64,000 nt of DNA from Vicugna vicugna (Eukaryota), in NCBI GenBank assembly GCA_013265495.1, contig MU058065.1, positions 8,535,819 to 8,599,818 on the forward strand, written 5' to 3'. The notes beneath the pieces are model-generated. The model was not told where the DNA came from and ran no database searches. It worked only from the letters and a program-made list of their open reading frames with translations. The position numbers and the translations under genes were made by a program. Each line of letters starts with the position of its first letter. Within the stretch, counting starts at the first letter, position 1. Positions 23,660 to 37,050 of this stretch are shown here, piece by piece.

Positions 23660-24640
23660 CTCTAGCTCTTCCTCCCCACCCCTCCAAACCCACTCCTCCC
23701 ATACCCGTTTTTAGCTCAATCAATGACACTTTGACTTTCAGAGCTTGGAAACCCCAAACTCAGACTCACTCTCTTCTTTCTTTTACACTTTACTTCCAAT
23801 CTGATATCAGTCTCTTTGGCTCTGCCTTCAATTCCATCTAGAGTCCAACCATTTCTTCCCACCTGTAATTGCTTCCTCCCTGGTCCAAATTATTGTCGTC
23901 TGTCACCTGGTTCATTAGAATGGCCTCCATTTGCCTCTCCCTAAAACAGCCTTCAACATCCAGTTTCTTCTCAAGACAGCAGCCAAAGGGTCCTCTTACC
24001 ATCCAGGTAGACCATGTTACTCCCTCTACTCAAAACTCTCCAAAGCTTTGCTCAGCTCAAAGTGAATAAAATCTGGAGTCCTTGCCGAGTCCTACGAGGT
24101 CCCATATGCTATCACCTCATATGACTCTTCCTTCCTCCTCGCCCACTCCTCCCCAGGGCCCCCCTGCTCTTTTCCAGGCACCCTCCAGATTATATTCTCC
24201 CTCCTCTGGGGTTCTGCACACTGTCTGCACTCTCCCTGAAGTGCTCTTCCCCTTGATATCAGGGCCAGCTTGCTCAAGTCTTAGCTCAAATTTAACCATA
24301 TCAGGAGGCTTTCCCTGGCTGACCACCCCATTTAAAACTGCAGGCACCACCCCTCCCTCCAGGACACACACACACACACACACACACAACCTCACACGTG
24401 CACACACTCATATGACTTCCTGGCACTTCTAACCCCTCTCCCTGGTTTATTTTTCTCCATAGTCCAAATCAACTTCTAATACACTAAATAAATGTCTTGT
24501 TTCATTTGTCTAACTCCCCTATTAGAATGTTTGCTCCAAGAGAGTGGGAACATTTGTTTCTTTCATTCACTGCTGTATCCTCAGAGCCTACAATATGCCC
24601 AGCACCTAACAGATGTTCAGTAAATATTTGTTGAGTAAAT
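23660..24640 (+). mobile_element. L2 LINE 3' region
   Basis: Ends ttcactgctgtatcctcagagccta...cagcacctaacagatgttcagtaaatatttgttgagtaaat. Confidence 0.8.
24364..24388. repeat. (AC)12 microsatellite about 1.5 kb upstream of the MREG ATG
   Basis: Perfect AC run read directly. Confidence 0.95.
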
Positions 24641-24644
24641 AAGA

Positions 24645-25270
24645 TTGACAAAGATGAAAATCCATACTATTGGTGGGGGTCAAGGGAAGTAAATACTTTC
24701 ACATGTTGCTGGTCACAGTGTAAATTGGAATTACCTCTTTGGAGGGCAATTTGGCAAGATCCACCAAAATTTTAAAAAGCATTCACCCAGCAATTCAACT
24801 GCCAGACATTTACTCAAGAGATATACATGTCCAAACACATAGTTCAAAGATGTTCACTGCAGCATTATTTTAATAACAAAAGGCTAGAATGAATTTAAAT
24901 GTCAACCCATACAGGGCCTGGTTAATTAACATATGGGCATCCGTGTAACTACATAATATGCAGCTTTTAAAACGACAGAGGGAGATACGCATGTATTGAT
25001 GTCGAACAGTCTCCATGGCAAACTGAGTGAAACAAGCCAGGGTCAGAATTGTGTGCAGTATACCACTGTTTGGGTAAAAAGGGAGGAGGCTATGTGTGCC
25101 TGTACTTACAAGTCTGTACAAGCATAAACAAACATATATGTAAATAGCTCTGGAAAATCGCAAGGAACTAGTGATAGAATCTGCACCCTTTTTTTTTTTG
25201 AAGGAGTTATTCAAGGACTGGGAAGCTTGGAAACACTTTAAAAAATTCACTGTGAATCTAATACTTAAAA
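24645..25270 (+). mobile_element. Old L1ME-type fragment
   Basis: tgttgctggtcacagtgtaaattgg...tttggagggcaatttggcaa...gatgttcactgcagcattatt. Confidence 0.7.
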
Positions 25271-25439
25271 AACCCACTTTTGTAATGTGTCAATTCTTAC
25301 TCTTTTGTTAACTTTTATTCTGTGTAGGGCTGATGTGTTAAAAATATGCCCTAACCTCTGCTTTGAAGCCAGCGGGTGGGGTGGGAAGAAGGACCTTTTA
25401 TTTCCTCCGGGAGTGAAGCCAATAAAACGTATGAATAGA

Positions 25440-26090
25440 TCCAGCTCGACCTCGTGCTCTGTGACTCGAGGGCTTCCCCCTCCTCCCTGCAGCCCGGATA
25501 GCCGATCGGTGCCCTCGGATTTTGCCGTCTGGCGGCGGGAGTCCCTGCTTCCTCCTTAGAGGGCAGCAGCGGAGCGTCTCCGGGACGCATGCGCTCCGAT
25601 TTGCTCCGGGGGAATTAAGAGAGGGAAAAAAAAAAGCCCCAACAAAACACGCGTCCCAAACAAAACCCAAGTGCAGGAAAGCGCGCGGCCCTGCAGCCCC
25701 GGGGCCGTGGAGGCGCCTCCCGCCGCGCCCGCATTCCCGGCCGCGGCGTGATGCGCACGGACTGGCCCGCGACGCCCGGGCCGCCACTGTCCCCGCACCT
25801 AGACGCCGGCCCGGTGGCCGCGCCCCAGCCGCGCTCGCTCGCCGCTGCCGCGGCTTTCTCGGAGTCGCCCGGCGCCTGCGGGGCACCTCGCTCTCCATGG
25901 GGCTGCGGGACTGGCTGAGGATCGTGTGCTGCTACTGCTGCCCGTGCAAGTGCCTGGAGGAGCCCGCCGTGCCCGAGAAGGAGCCGCTGGTCAGGTGGGT
26001 GCGCGCCCCGGCCGCGATCTGGGGATCCCTGGGCGCTGCCGAGCGCCGCGGAGTCGGGGTACCCGTGTGCTCGTTCGAGCTGGGCAAGTG
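25440..26090 (+). promoter_or_regulatory. MREG: MREG CpG island promoter and 5' UTR
   Basis: Abrupt GC- and CpG-dense segment spanning exon 1; NRF1-like CGCATGCG at 25586-25593. Confidence 0.9.
25897..25994 (+). CDS. MREG: MREG coding exon 1 (melanoregulin N-terminus), 98 bp
   Basis: tccATGG; MGLRDWLRIVCCYCCPCKCLEEPAVPEKEPLV + AG|gtgggt, phase 2; matches the recalled MREG N-terminus. Confidence 0.96.
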
Positions 26091-27584
26091 CGTTGGCTTT
26101 AAGGTCATGCTGAGGCACAGACTAAGCCCCTTGGTCCCTTACAGGAGGTCCTGCTCCTTGGGATAAAATTTTGCCCGAAAGCACAAATCCTCGGAGCCAC
26201 CAGAGAACCAAGCAGATATCTGTGGAAAATGCCAAGAATTTGGGTGCAGTGCCCGGGCAGGAAACTACGGAGCGGAGTTTGCATAGGAGTCCGATTGAAT
26301 ACATCTATAACTGACTATTTCATAGGCATACTTTAGTGCAATAGGCAACTGAATTTCTGTTTCATTCAGAAAACTGTTGGATACGTTTGCATTCAATTTT
26401 ATTACTGAAGAAGACAAATCTCAGTGACTGAGCACAAGAAAATACTTTTCACAGTGTAAAAAAAAACCTGTATTTTTCTCAAGGAACAGCCTGTACACTG
26501 GGATGTTGATGCATTACAGATTAAGCTATGAAGTGTGAGGAAATGTAATGCATGTTAACAAGTGCTGAGTGGCTTTGTGAAGGCACCATACAACACAGTT
26601 TTGTTCAGGGCTCTGTTTGTCAGCAATTAGTTTATATCGGGACTCTGCTGAAATGAAGGTTACACTAGGTTGTTCTTTGACGGTAGATATGACAGAAGCG
26701 AAATATTTTAAATGAAATTAGGAAACAGTAGATGAGGCAGAGTTCCAGGGTTGGGTAACCAAACTTTGAAGCCAGCTTTTCTTATGAAGTATGCAACTAA
26801 TATGATAAAGCTTTCACAACTTTTAAAAAGCATGAGTTACCTTTCCTTACTCTGTCAAGTTCAAACACTTCCCTTGACTTTTGAGATCTTACATAACCCC
26901 TTCCTGCCTGTCCACTCTTATTATCTGGTACATTACACACTGCACACTCCTTGATCTAATCAGACAGGCATCCTTACTGCTCTAGGAACAATCCAACCTT
27001 CTTATTCTCTCTAAGCTTGTTTTAAGTAGTGACCTTTAACCTTCCTGCCCCTTCCTAAATGCTAATTCTCAAGGTCCCCTCAAGCAGTCTTCTTTGACTT
27101 GCCCATATTCATCTCTCTCTCCTGTGACATAGGATTTTTAACTTGCCATCTGCCCCTCACTGTTTAGTGAGCACACATGTATGTAAACATATATGTCCTG
27201 TTTGCTTTATGTGTATAAAGTCATACACAGAATATACCATGTTTTTGTGTGCTCTTGCTATGGTGTTCCCACTTAGATTATTAGATTGCTCTGGGCAGGG
27301 AGAAACCCAGTAATCTACTCCCAGTCTTAAAAAGTAGTGGGCACCAATCAAATTTCATGCTTAGGTCGTACACTCAACTTGTCAGTAATTCATAGTCACA
27401 TGAAATGCAGCCCTCAGTTTGATCTCATCCCCAGGGCCTTGGGTCTTTCTGGTTTTCTGTCTGGGATTACTATTTGAGGTAATAGTTTTGGTTGTTTTAA
27501 AATCTCCACCCTCTCCTGCCTTGTTTTACACTGTAAGTCAGTGAATTTTGCAAATGATTTTAAGAAGATAAGAGTCAGTTGGGG

Positions 27585-27815
27585 CAAAATAGCATAGTGC
27601 TCATGAGTCAGATTGCCAGGGGTTAAATTCCAACTGGGTGACCTGGCACGGGTTATGCAACTTTTTGTGTGCCTTAATTTCCTCATCTGTAAAATGGGGA
27701 TGATAATAGTGCATACCTTAGGGATGCAGGGAGAAATGAAATGAGCTAAAGTGCTTGGTCGTGTCTGAACACAGTAAACACTCTGTACATTTTAGTTACT
27801 ATTGATTATCACTGT
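27585..27815 (+). mobile_element. MIR SINE
   Basis: gtgccttaatttcctcatctgtaaaatggggatgataatagt...acacagtaaacactc. Confidence 0.85.
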
Positions 27816-28009
27816 TATTCTTCTGAGCACGTGCATCTGAGTGAACTGGTCTTTTGTAGTTTAGTGTCATTCTGGCATCATTTCAGTATAATATTTAAGA
27901 AGATCAGCCTATGAATGGACGTGTCGGGTAGTGATACGTGTTGGGGGAGGGTACCTGTGTTCTTTCCTACCCAGGTCATCACAGGGTCTAGTTTGAAAGT
28001 TTTTTAAAG

Positions 28010-28505
28010 TGTGACCTTCAGTGGCTTTTAGTATATTCACAAAGTTGTGCAGTCATCACCAGTATCTAACTCATAGTATTTTCGTCATTCTGAAAAGAAG
28101 CACCATACTCATTAGCAGTTGCTTGCTGCCCTCCCCTCCCTGCCCACATATAAATGGAATCATTCGATATGTGGCCTTTTGCATCTGGATTCTTTCATGT
28201 GGCATAACATTTTCAAATTTCATCCCCGTTGTAGCATGTATTAGTCCTTCATTCCTCTTTGTAGGTGCATAATATTCCTTTGTATGGATATACTACATTT
28301 TATTTATCAATCAATGGACATTTGGGTGGTTTCCAAGTGTCCCTTAGAAATAATGCTGCTATGAACACTTGTGTACAAGTTTTTGTACAGACCTATGTTT
28401 TCGATTCTCTTGGGTAAATACCTAGAAGCGGCCTTGCTGGGTCATACAGTAAATTCTACATTTAACTTTTTGAGGAACTGCCAGGCCGTTTTCCATAGTG
28501 GCTGG
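28010..28505 (-). mobile_element. Old L1M fragment
   Basis: cagtggcttttagtatattcacaaagttgtgcag...aataatgctgctatgaacact...tttgaggaactgcca. Confidence 0.85.
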
Positions 28506-29661
28506 TTTGAAATCTTAACGTGATGAAATCATACGGCCAGATGGTCTTAATTATTAATTTATTAAGAACTTCATTCTTCGTGTCACTTTTTTCATTAATA
28601 AAAAAAGTTTTGTACAGCCACCTCCTTCCCCTCAACTAAATCCTTTATTCTATCCTAAAACACTGGTTTTCAAGTTTTATTTCATACCCCGTGGCAATAG
28701 TGCCCGAAGGGGTGTGTGATCAGAGTGCGGGAAGACATCTGCATTTGTGTGCGTGGGCACCTGCAGTCCTTTTCCAAAACGCACCAGGGACACTCGTTAG
28801 TTCAGGAAAACCAATTTTTAATCTCAGCTCATTTGCCAGTCTGACATTGCCACTTAGGTTTTTGACCTTGCAACTTTTGTTTTTTCTGGAACCTTGTACC
28901 TGAAGGGGAATGCTTGTCCCTCGCCTGGTTTGCATCTGTATTGTCTCTCTGTCCCACTAGCGCTTGGTTTGCCCTTTCTCTGGATATATGCTGACTAAAA
29001 ATGCTCTCTGATAATTGCCATGTTCTTCAGCTGCCGGCCTTTGCTTTCCTTTGTTCAGGCACAAATGTCTTTAAAGAGTAGTCAGCTGTACCCCCACTCC
29101 TTCACCTCCCACTCACCATGAGATCTGGTTCCTTCCCCTTGTGTGATCACATGAAATCTGCTCTCTTGCAAGTTACAAGAGAAAGATCCGCAGCTCTTTT
29201 CCCAGCATACACAGGCTACCTCTGTGCTGACCATCCGTGCCTTATTTCCCATTTCCTCTTTCCTTGGCCTCTGATTTCACACTCTCTAGTCTCCATGCCC
29301 GTGATTAGTCTAATCATGCTGGTTTGCCTTCTGGTGCCTCTGTCAATCACGCAATTGTTAGCCAGACGTCTTTTGTTTTCTCTACTGCTGAAAATTCTGC
29401 TCAATTTTTAAGGCCCATTTCAGTTGCCACCCAGATGATGAAGTCTTAGAAAGTCTTCCCAAGCAGTTACGGTGTCTCTTCTTCTTTCTTTTTACCCCTC
29501 AGGTCACTTACTGCATTCTGCCTGGTGTTACTCGTGTAAAGTGGGTGCTGCAACCCCTGCCAGAGTGGAGGCTCTAATCTAGATTGGAGGGGATGCATCT
29601 TACTCACTTAGCATCCCCTGTTGTGCCCAGCACGGTGCTCCACATGGAATAAGAATGGAAT

Positions 29662-29763
29662 AAAGACTGCTTTTTTAAAATAGAGGTACTAGGGATTGAA
29701 CCCAGGACCTTGCTCATGCTAGGCACGCACTCCACTACTAAGCTAGGCTGTACCCCACCCCGC
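29662..29763 (-). mobile_element. Vic-1-like SINE
   Basis: gaggtactagggattgaacccaggacc; TSD aagaatggaat at 29651-29661 and 29764-29774. Confidence 0.88.
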
Positions 29764-31026
29764 AAGAATGGAATGCTTTTTGACTAATAAAAATTATAAT
29801 AATAGCTGTTCATTGATTAACTTCTCCCTATGTGTAAATTTCTTAAAAGTATATTTGAAACAAAAATGGTATGAAGAGTAACAGAGCAAACACCCACATA
29901 CCCAGCACCCACCTTAAGAAACTATTAACACTGGAGTTGAAGCCCCCACCATGTATCTGTGACCACATCCTTCTCCTCGTCCAAAGGTGACCTCTAAATT
30001 GGATCCATGTTTAGCATTCTTAACTTGATATGAATGGTGTGTGCTGCCTGTAGGCTCTTGTCTGAGACATTTTTTGCATAAATTCTGTCATTTAATCATC
30101 ACTATGTCCAAATGAGATAGGTGTTATGTATCCCCATTTTATAGATAAGGAACCCAGGGCTTAGAGTGTTTAAATAATAAATAAATAATAAAATAATAAT
30201 AAAATAAATCAGAGAGTCAGAATTTGAATCCATGTCTGTCTGAGTCCATGACTTGCATTATGGAAAATTCAGAAAACTATCGAAGAGTTTCAAAAACAAC
30301 TTAGAATATTTATACACTAAAAACGGAAAGACATCACTAGCCTTAGCGCCTGCCCACTGTGCCCCTTTCTCCCGCCCTTCCTCTGTGTCCTTCCTTAGTG
30401 AAATTCTTCTACCCAGATGTAGCAGCAGCTGGCCCAGTGAGCCAAGCCCAGGGGGAGTCAGGAGACCTGAGCCCTAGTCCCATCTATTAATTGGCTGTGG
30501 GATTTGGGGGAAGTCTCTGTACTTCCTTGAATGTTAGTTTTTCCTTCTGTACAATGGAGAGCTCCGACTTTGAGGCGCAGACTTGAAGGGCTGTTCCAGG
30601 CTTGATGCAGACTGCCCTCTTTCTGTGGGCTTGTGTCAGCTGAAATTCTGTTTGACACACAGTACAGGGGCAGTGAGGCTGTCTGTAGTCCTGCGAAGGA
30701 GCCAGGACATGTGAATCGTGACCATTTGTCAAACTCTTTAGCTGTCCTGGCCTGCTTCACCAGCGTATAGGTGAGTAATCGTTTCTAATGCCGGGAAGCT
30801 TCGAACAAGTCTGGGCCTGGAGGAAGGACCTGTGGCCTGACTGAACACCAGCTTCAACCCCAAAGGAAGCCAAAGAACAATGTACATCTCACTGTTCTCT
30901 CACCTTCGCCCCAATCTTAGGACTGAGTCATGTAACATTCATCTTGTCACTCATCTATGTAAGGTTTGAGGTTCTGAACACCATCCTTCCCTGCGCTGAC
31001 TGTATTTCTAAAGTAGAGCAAATAGT

Positions 31027-31492
31027 CAGCCATGAAAGAAGAATAAAATAGTGCCATTTGCAGCAACACGGATGACCTGGAGATCATCATTCTAAGTGAA
31101 GTAAGCCAGAAAGTGAAAGAAAAATACAGTATTATATCACTTATATGTGGAATCTGAAAAAAAAAAAAAAGACAAATGAAGCTATTTGCAAAACAGAAAC
31201 AGACTCACAGACATAGAAAACAAACTTATGGTTACCGGGGGGAAAGGGGTGACGAGGGATAAATGAGGAGTTCGAGATTTGCCGATACTAATGACTATAT
31301 GTAAAATAGATAAATAACAAGTTTCTACTGTGGAGCACATGGAACTACATTCAGTGTCTTGTAGTAACCTATAATGAGAAAGAATATGAAAACGAATATA
31401 CGTATGTATATGTATAGCTGAAACATGATGCTGTGCACCAGAAATTGATGCCATATTGTAAACTGACTGTACTGCAACCAAAAAGTTTTTTA
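31027..31492 (+). mobile_element. 5'-truncated lineage L1 (end of ORF2 plus 3' UTR)
   Basis: ccatttgcagcaacacggat...tctaagtgaagtaagccagaaag; TSD aaagtagagcaaatagt (31010-31026) and aaaatagagtaaatagt (31493-31509). Confidence 0.9.
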
Positions 31493-31670
31493 AAAATAGA
31501 GTAAATAGTGATCCCAACAACAGCAAAATACCAACATGCACCGAGGACAGGATGATAATGTAAGTGGACTGTCTGGGAACGGCTAGATCATTGTTTATTT
31601 ATCTGTAAACTAGTGAATAACTTTCTGGTTCAGGATTTCATGTTACTAATTAAAAGAAACATTGGAGGTA

Positions 31671-32090
31671 TGTATCATTAATTTCTAGGGCTGTTACAAC
31701 AAATTACGGCAAATTTGGTAGCTGAAAATGACAGAAATATGTACTTCCAGTTCTGCAAGCAAGAAATCTGAAGTCAAGCGATTGGCAGGTCCATATCCCT
31801 CTGAAGACTCAGGGAATCCTTCCTTACTCGGTCCAGCACAGTTCCAGTCCTTGCCTCCGTCTTCTTCCATGTGTCTCTCCTTCTCCATGTCCCAAATCTC
31901 CTTTTCTTTTCTCTGATAAGCATACCAGCCATTGGATTTCGGGTCCACTCTAAACCCAGGATGATTTCATCTCAAGATCCTTAATTTAATTATGTCTAGA
32001 AAGCCCCTATTTCCAAATAAGATCACCTTCACAGGATTTGGGGATTAGGACTGAGAGATACCTTCCGAGGGGACACTATTCAACTGCTGC
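31671..32090 (-). mobile_element. MaLR LTR (MLT1-like)
   Basis: tttctagggctgttacaacaaattac...ccaggatgatttcatctcaagatccttaa...ccctatttccaaataagatcac. Confidence 0.8.
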
Positions 32091-32129
32091 AGGGTACTTT
32101 TGGAAAAATGTTTGAGCTTAAAGCATTGT

Positions 32130-32738
32130 TTTTCTTTTTATTATTGAAGTATATAGTCAGTTTACAATGTTGTGTTGATTTCAGGTGTACAGCGTAAAAG
32201 TTCAGTCATGCATTTTCATATTCTTTTTCATTATAGGTTACTAAAAGATATTGAATATAGTTCCCTGTGCTATACAGTAGAAACTTGTTTATTTATTTTA
32301 TATATAGTAGTAGTATCTGCAAATCTCAAACTCCCAATTTATCCCTTCCCATCTCTTTCCCCATCTGGTAACCATAAATTTGTTTTCATGTCTGTGAGTT
32401 TGTTTCTGTTTTGTAAATAAGTTCTTTTGTATACTTTTTTTTTTAGATTCCACATATAAGTGATATAATATTGTATTTGTCTTTCTCTTTCTGGCTTACT
32501 TCACTTAGAATGATGATCTCCAGTTCCATCCATATTGCTGCAAATGGCACTATTTTATTGTTTTTCATGGCTGAGTAGTATTCCATTGTATGTGTATACA
32601 CATACATACACAACTTCTTTATCCAGTCATCTGTCGATGGACATTTAGGTTGTTTCCATGTCTTGGCTATTGTAAATACTGCTGCTATGAACACTGAGGT
32701 GTATGTATCTTTTTGAGTTATAGTTCCCTCCAGATATA
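32130..32738 (-). mobile_element. 5'-truncated lineage L1
   Basis: Minus ORF 32443-32874 ends [26 protein letters not shown]...SLICGI; 3' UTR resembles the other copies. Confidence 0.92.
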
Positions 32739-33251
32739 CAAAGCAGTTTTTTATTTCAGAGCTTTTATAGCAGAGCTTTCTTCCATCAGTGATAAAAGCA
32801 TGCTCTTGCCATGCAAAAATCCACACCTGAGCCTGAGTTGTGACCCTTGAAATTAGGTGATTCTGGAGGCACAATTGCAGTCATGTTTAAGCAGAGAGAT
32901 GCCCACGTCCTCTGGCCCTCGACAGTCTCCCACCATATGCCATCCATTACGGACACCAGAGGCCTGGAGAAGGTTGTTTTATGCCTATAGAGGGGCTGTT
33001 CTGAGGAGGAATTGTTCTGGGCTGGTGAATGTGGGCAACAGAATTGAATTTCCCTGACAATAGAGAAATGGTTCGCTGTGAGTGGTACCACTCCAGCTTG
33101 CAGAAGAGGGCGAGGGATTGAAGTTGTGACGTGTGCCTTCTCTGCCTAGCTTTGCTGATCCTTTGTAGGCTCTCTGTGGTGCTACCCTACACCATAGTAC
33201 TGTCGTAAGTGCTGTATATCTATTAAATCCTCATCATCACTCGATGAGGTC

Positions 33252-33777
33252 CGGTCAGTTCTTGTTATTCACAGTAGTTACATTCTACAGTCACCGCAAA
33301 TGCTGGATTAAAGAACCGTTGCTCCAAGGGGGAAATCCAGGGTGATCCCTGAGAGCCGATTCATCAACTGATCAATACATAACCATGTTTTATGTTCATT
33401 TCTGCCTGAAGACACCTTATTGAATGTATATCATTGATTCATTAACATTGAACTCACAGCCAGCAGCCCACCAACTCATGCCTGGATGAAGGGTTGCTAA
33501 CACACTATTTTAGCACTTCCCCTCTGTGCTCAGGGGCCATTCTAAACAGTGACATCACCAACGAAAAGCATAACCATGCAAAAAAACATGGTGCTAAATA
33601 GTCACGACGAGGAGACTTGTTTGCAGTAGGAGAGATGCAACAAGAAAGCAGGGCATTGTCCTGTAGGACCTCACCTGGGAACTCGAGCCTTGGAGTATTG
33701 ATTTGGGGCTCGCAGATGAATTTTAGCAAGTGAGCCAACTTGCAGGTACGGGATCTGGGAATGATGAGGCTGGACTG
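33252..33777. mobile_element. MER82-like Tigger DNA transposon
   Basis: cagttcttgttattcacagtagtta...ttcatcaactgatcaatacataacc...attcattaacattgaactcacagcca...ggaatgatgaggctggactg. Confidence 0.75.
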
Positions 33778-35919
33778 TGATCACATCTGTAATCCCCACT
33801 TGACGGTTGAAGAAACCGAGGCTCAAGAGCTTCCGTAGCTTGCTCAGAGGTGCATGCGCGCGCAGTCAAACTGGAGTTCGCATCCCACTCCATTTCAGTT
33901 CCCCAGAACTGTATGCAGGGAGGTGTGTATCTAGCTGCTTATATGGTGTGTTCTAGAAATTGTGTTTGAAGTATGACACTTGCTCTGAATTGTTACAGCC
34001 TGGGGTCCAGAGGCACTGGTTCATCTTTCTGTGTTAAGGCTGTGAAGCCAGGTGCCAATAGGGAAGAAGGGTGGTGAGTTTAAGACATTTAAGAGGCAAT
34101 CACCACCAACTCTAGAAGGACAAAAATCTTCTACCTGGGTACAGTTTTTCATTTCACCATTTGGACTCACATGACCTCCGAGCTGATCAGATTGCCTTCC
34201 ACTCCTGGAAGGGCTTTGGAAAACGTTGGCTAATGTGCAAGTGTCAGGGCGATTGCTCAGACAGGGACCCAGATGGCCTGACTCTTTTCCCATAATCTAC
34301 TGCTGGGTTCCCCGAGCTGATGCAACGGACTCACCATGTCTTTCTGCACAACCTGCACTAACACAGCCTGTAACCCTGGACCAGACAGTGATTCATAGGA
34401 AGTGACTGCAGAGGCACCAAGGATTCTGACGGCAGGAAGGTGCTCCTGGCTCCCAGAATCCATTCTCTGGGTTGTACTTTTGCCTACTTGAAAGACAGAG
34501 GAGAGAGGGGAGGCTCCTGTATACTGTTCCTAGAAACTGGGCCTCGGAGCCTTTAAGTAGGAGGTAAAGTCATTACCAAGAAGTCAGCCGCTCAGAATTC
34601 ATGTTGGGATGACTTTTAAAGATTTGCTTCCCAGGCAGCCCACAGCATCCTTCTTCCCTCTTGGTGAGTTGCATTAGTCAGTCTTGGTGGCACTGGAAGT
34701 TCCTGAGAACGTGAGGTTTCTTTCTTGCACATATCATGTGATCTCGGTTTCCTGGAACTGTGCTTTCTCTAGATATCTTGACTTGATCTTACCACGGTAC
34801 CTTTGTTTAAAAAGCAAATTCTGCTTACATGTTGGGTAACATAGCTTATTCTGTTAGCAGTGGAAGTCCTTTTCGGTCTGAGTTCATTCATCTTTGTTTT
34901 ATGCTAGTGATCTACTGTGCACTCTATTCTTTGGTGCCTTTTTTGGGCAGTAATTTTGGTGAGAGTATGTTTCTGGGCTGCCTGAAAGGGGTTAAGAGTT
35001 TACTGAGTTGCCTGTCACTTATTTTTTTTTTAACTTTTAAAAATTTGTATTTGAATATATGATATCAGAGACTAAAAACATACAAAGCTATGTACAGTGT
35101 AAAGAAAAGCCATACCGAACACTCCTTTAACCACCACCCAGGGCAGCAGACAGCTATCGGCAGCCCCAGGCTCCCCGCCCCGATTGTATCTAGACTTTTG
35201 TGACAGTCATTTCCTTGCTTTCCTTTATAGCTTCACCACCTATGTATGCACCTTAAAAATGTACTTTAATTTTGCCTGCTTTGAAACTTTACGTTCTTAG
35301 GATCAACCGGTGTGTGTTTTCGGCTTTGTGAGCACCATCCAAGTTGGCGCAGGTCGGTGGTGGTTCTCACTTCTGTACAGCATATCCCCTTTGGTTCACT
35401 CGTTCCTCTGTTGGTGGACTTTTGGGTGGTTTCCAGTTTGAGGCTATTAGGCACGATTTAGATAATAAAGTCAGCATATTAAGGTGAAATTGTTCATCCT
35501 TCACCCACGCTGGCCTCCTCCTGGGTCCTCAGATACACAGGCACATGCTGTCTCAGGGCCTTTGCACCAGCCTAGAATGTTCTTTCTTCAGCTACCTGTC
35601 TGGGAGGCTCCCTCACTTTACTCTGGTCTCTGCTCAGAGTCATTGTATCAGGAAGTTCTTCCCTGACCACACTCTGTAAAACAGTCCTCTTCGCCCTCAC
35701 TGTCTTTTATTCACTGTGTAGTCCTTCAGAGCCCTGATCACCAGCCATCATAAATGTATGTGCTTATTATCATCTGCTTCCTCTGGAAGACAGTGAGCCC
35801 CACCTTTATAAATTTAAACAGCTCAAAAATGTTAAGAGTTTGTCTGTGAGTCTGGAAAGTGGGATTCCAGCCTCATGTGTACCATTCAGAGCCCTGTGAA
35901 GTTAGGAAATTACCTTTCA

Positions 35920-37050
35920 TTCACTCAGCAAATTGAGCATCTACTAAGTGCCAGGTCCTGTTCTAAGCACTCCAGTTCATCACTGAGCAAAACAGCTACA
36001 GATCCTGACCTTGAGGGGCTCTTATTATAGTGTGGGGGCACAATAACCATAAACATAGTAAGTAAATTAGGGGATAAATACAGTCGTCCCTTGGTATCTG
36101 CAGGGGATTGGTTCCAGAGCCCCAACCCCCACCTCCCCCAACCCTGGGATGCAGAACCCATGGATATGGAGGTAGAGCAGGGGCAGGGGGCACGCTTGCA
36201 ATTTTAAATAGATTGCTCTGAAGAGGCCTCATGGAGGAGGGGATGTTTAAACAGAGCTTTGAAGGAGGGGATGGAGTGAGGCATGTGAGTATCGGGGGAA
36301 ATACTAGAGGGAAGAGAATCAGCCAGTGCAAGGGCAGTGTGACTGGTGGGCTGAGGGAACAGCAAAGAGCCCAGAGTGGCTAGGGTGTCACGAGGGGCCT
36401 TATAGACCACCTGGCGACCTTGGCTTATATTCTAAGTCAAATGGGAGCTGCTGGAAGGTTTTGAGGGAAGGGTGACAAGATCTGATTTATGTATTAAAAG
36501 AATCACTTTGGTTGTTGTATTAAGAGAATTGATAGAGGCAATGGCAGAAAGAGGTAGTTTATTGAAAAAAAAAACCGATTGCAGGAATTCTTATGCAAGA
36601 TGGAGGTGTCTGGGCTCGGGTGGCAGTGATGAAGGTGGGTATTTGTTTACTGTATTGTCAGCAGGATTTTCTGGTGGACTAGATGTTGGGTCAGGGAGAG
36701 CCAAGGATGACTTGAAGGGTTTTGGCCCAAGCAGTCAGAGGGATGGATTTTCCATCATCTGGGTGGGGAGATGGCTGGTGGGGCGGTTTGGAGGGAAGGC
36801 CAGGTGCTTGGTTTCTGCCAGGCTGAGCTTGAGCTGCCTGTTGGACATCCAGGTGGAGGCAGGAGGGAGGCAGGTAGAGGCAGGAGTCTGGGACTTGGAG
36901 GACAGGTCTGAGCTGGAGATACCGGTCTGGGTTTAAGAATCTTCCTCAGGAAGATGATATTTAAAGCCATGAGACCAGATGAAGTGACCAGGAGCGAGTG
37001 GAAACAGGGAAGAGACCAAGGATTGTGTCTAATCTGCCTGAGCCCCAGCG
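35920..37050 (-). mobile_element. L2 LINE with a nested, internally deleted MER2-like element at about 36080-36172
   Basis: cattcactcagcaaattgagcatctactaagtgccagg...ggacatccaggtggag; nested tacagtcgtcccttggtatctgcaggggattggttccag...gcagaacccatggatatggagg. Confidence 0.8.

Noticed and set aside
25398..26166. 214-aa plus ORF extending MREG upstream (in-frame CTG at 25762) and 166/167-aa antisense ORFs
   Set aside because: Stop codons are scarce in CpG islands; peptides are low-complexity Arg/Pro/Ala; an extension would bury the Met-Gly N-terminus; no positive support.
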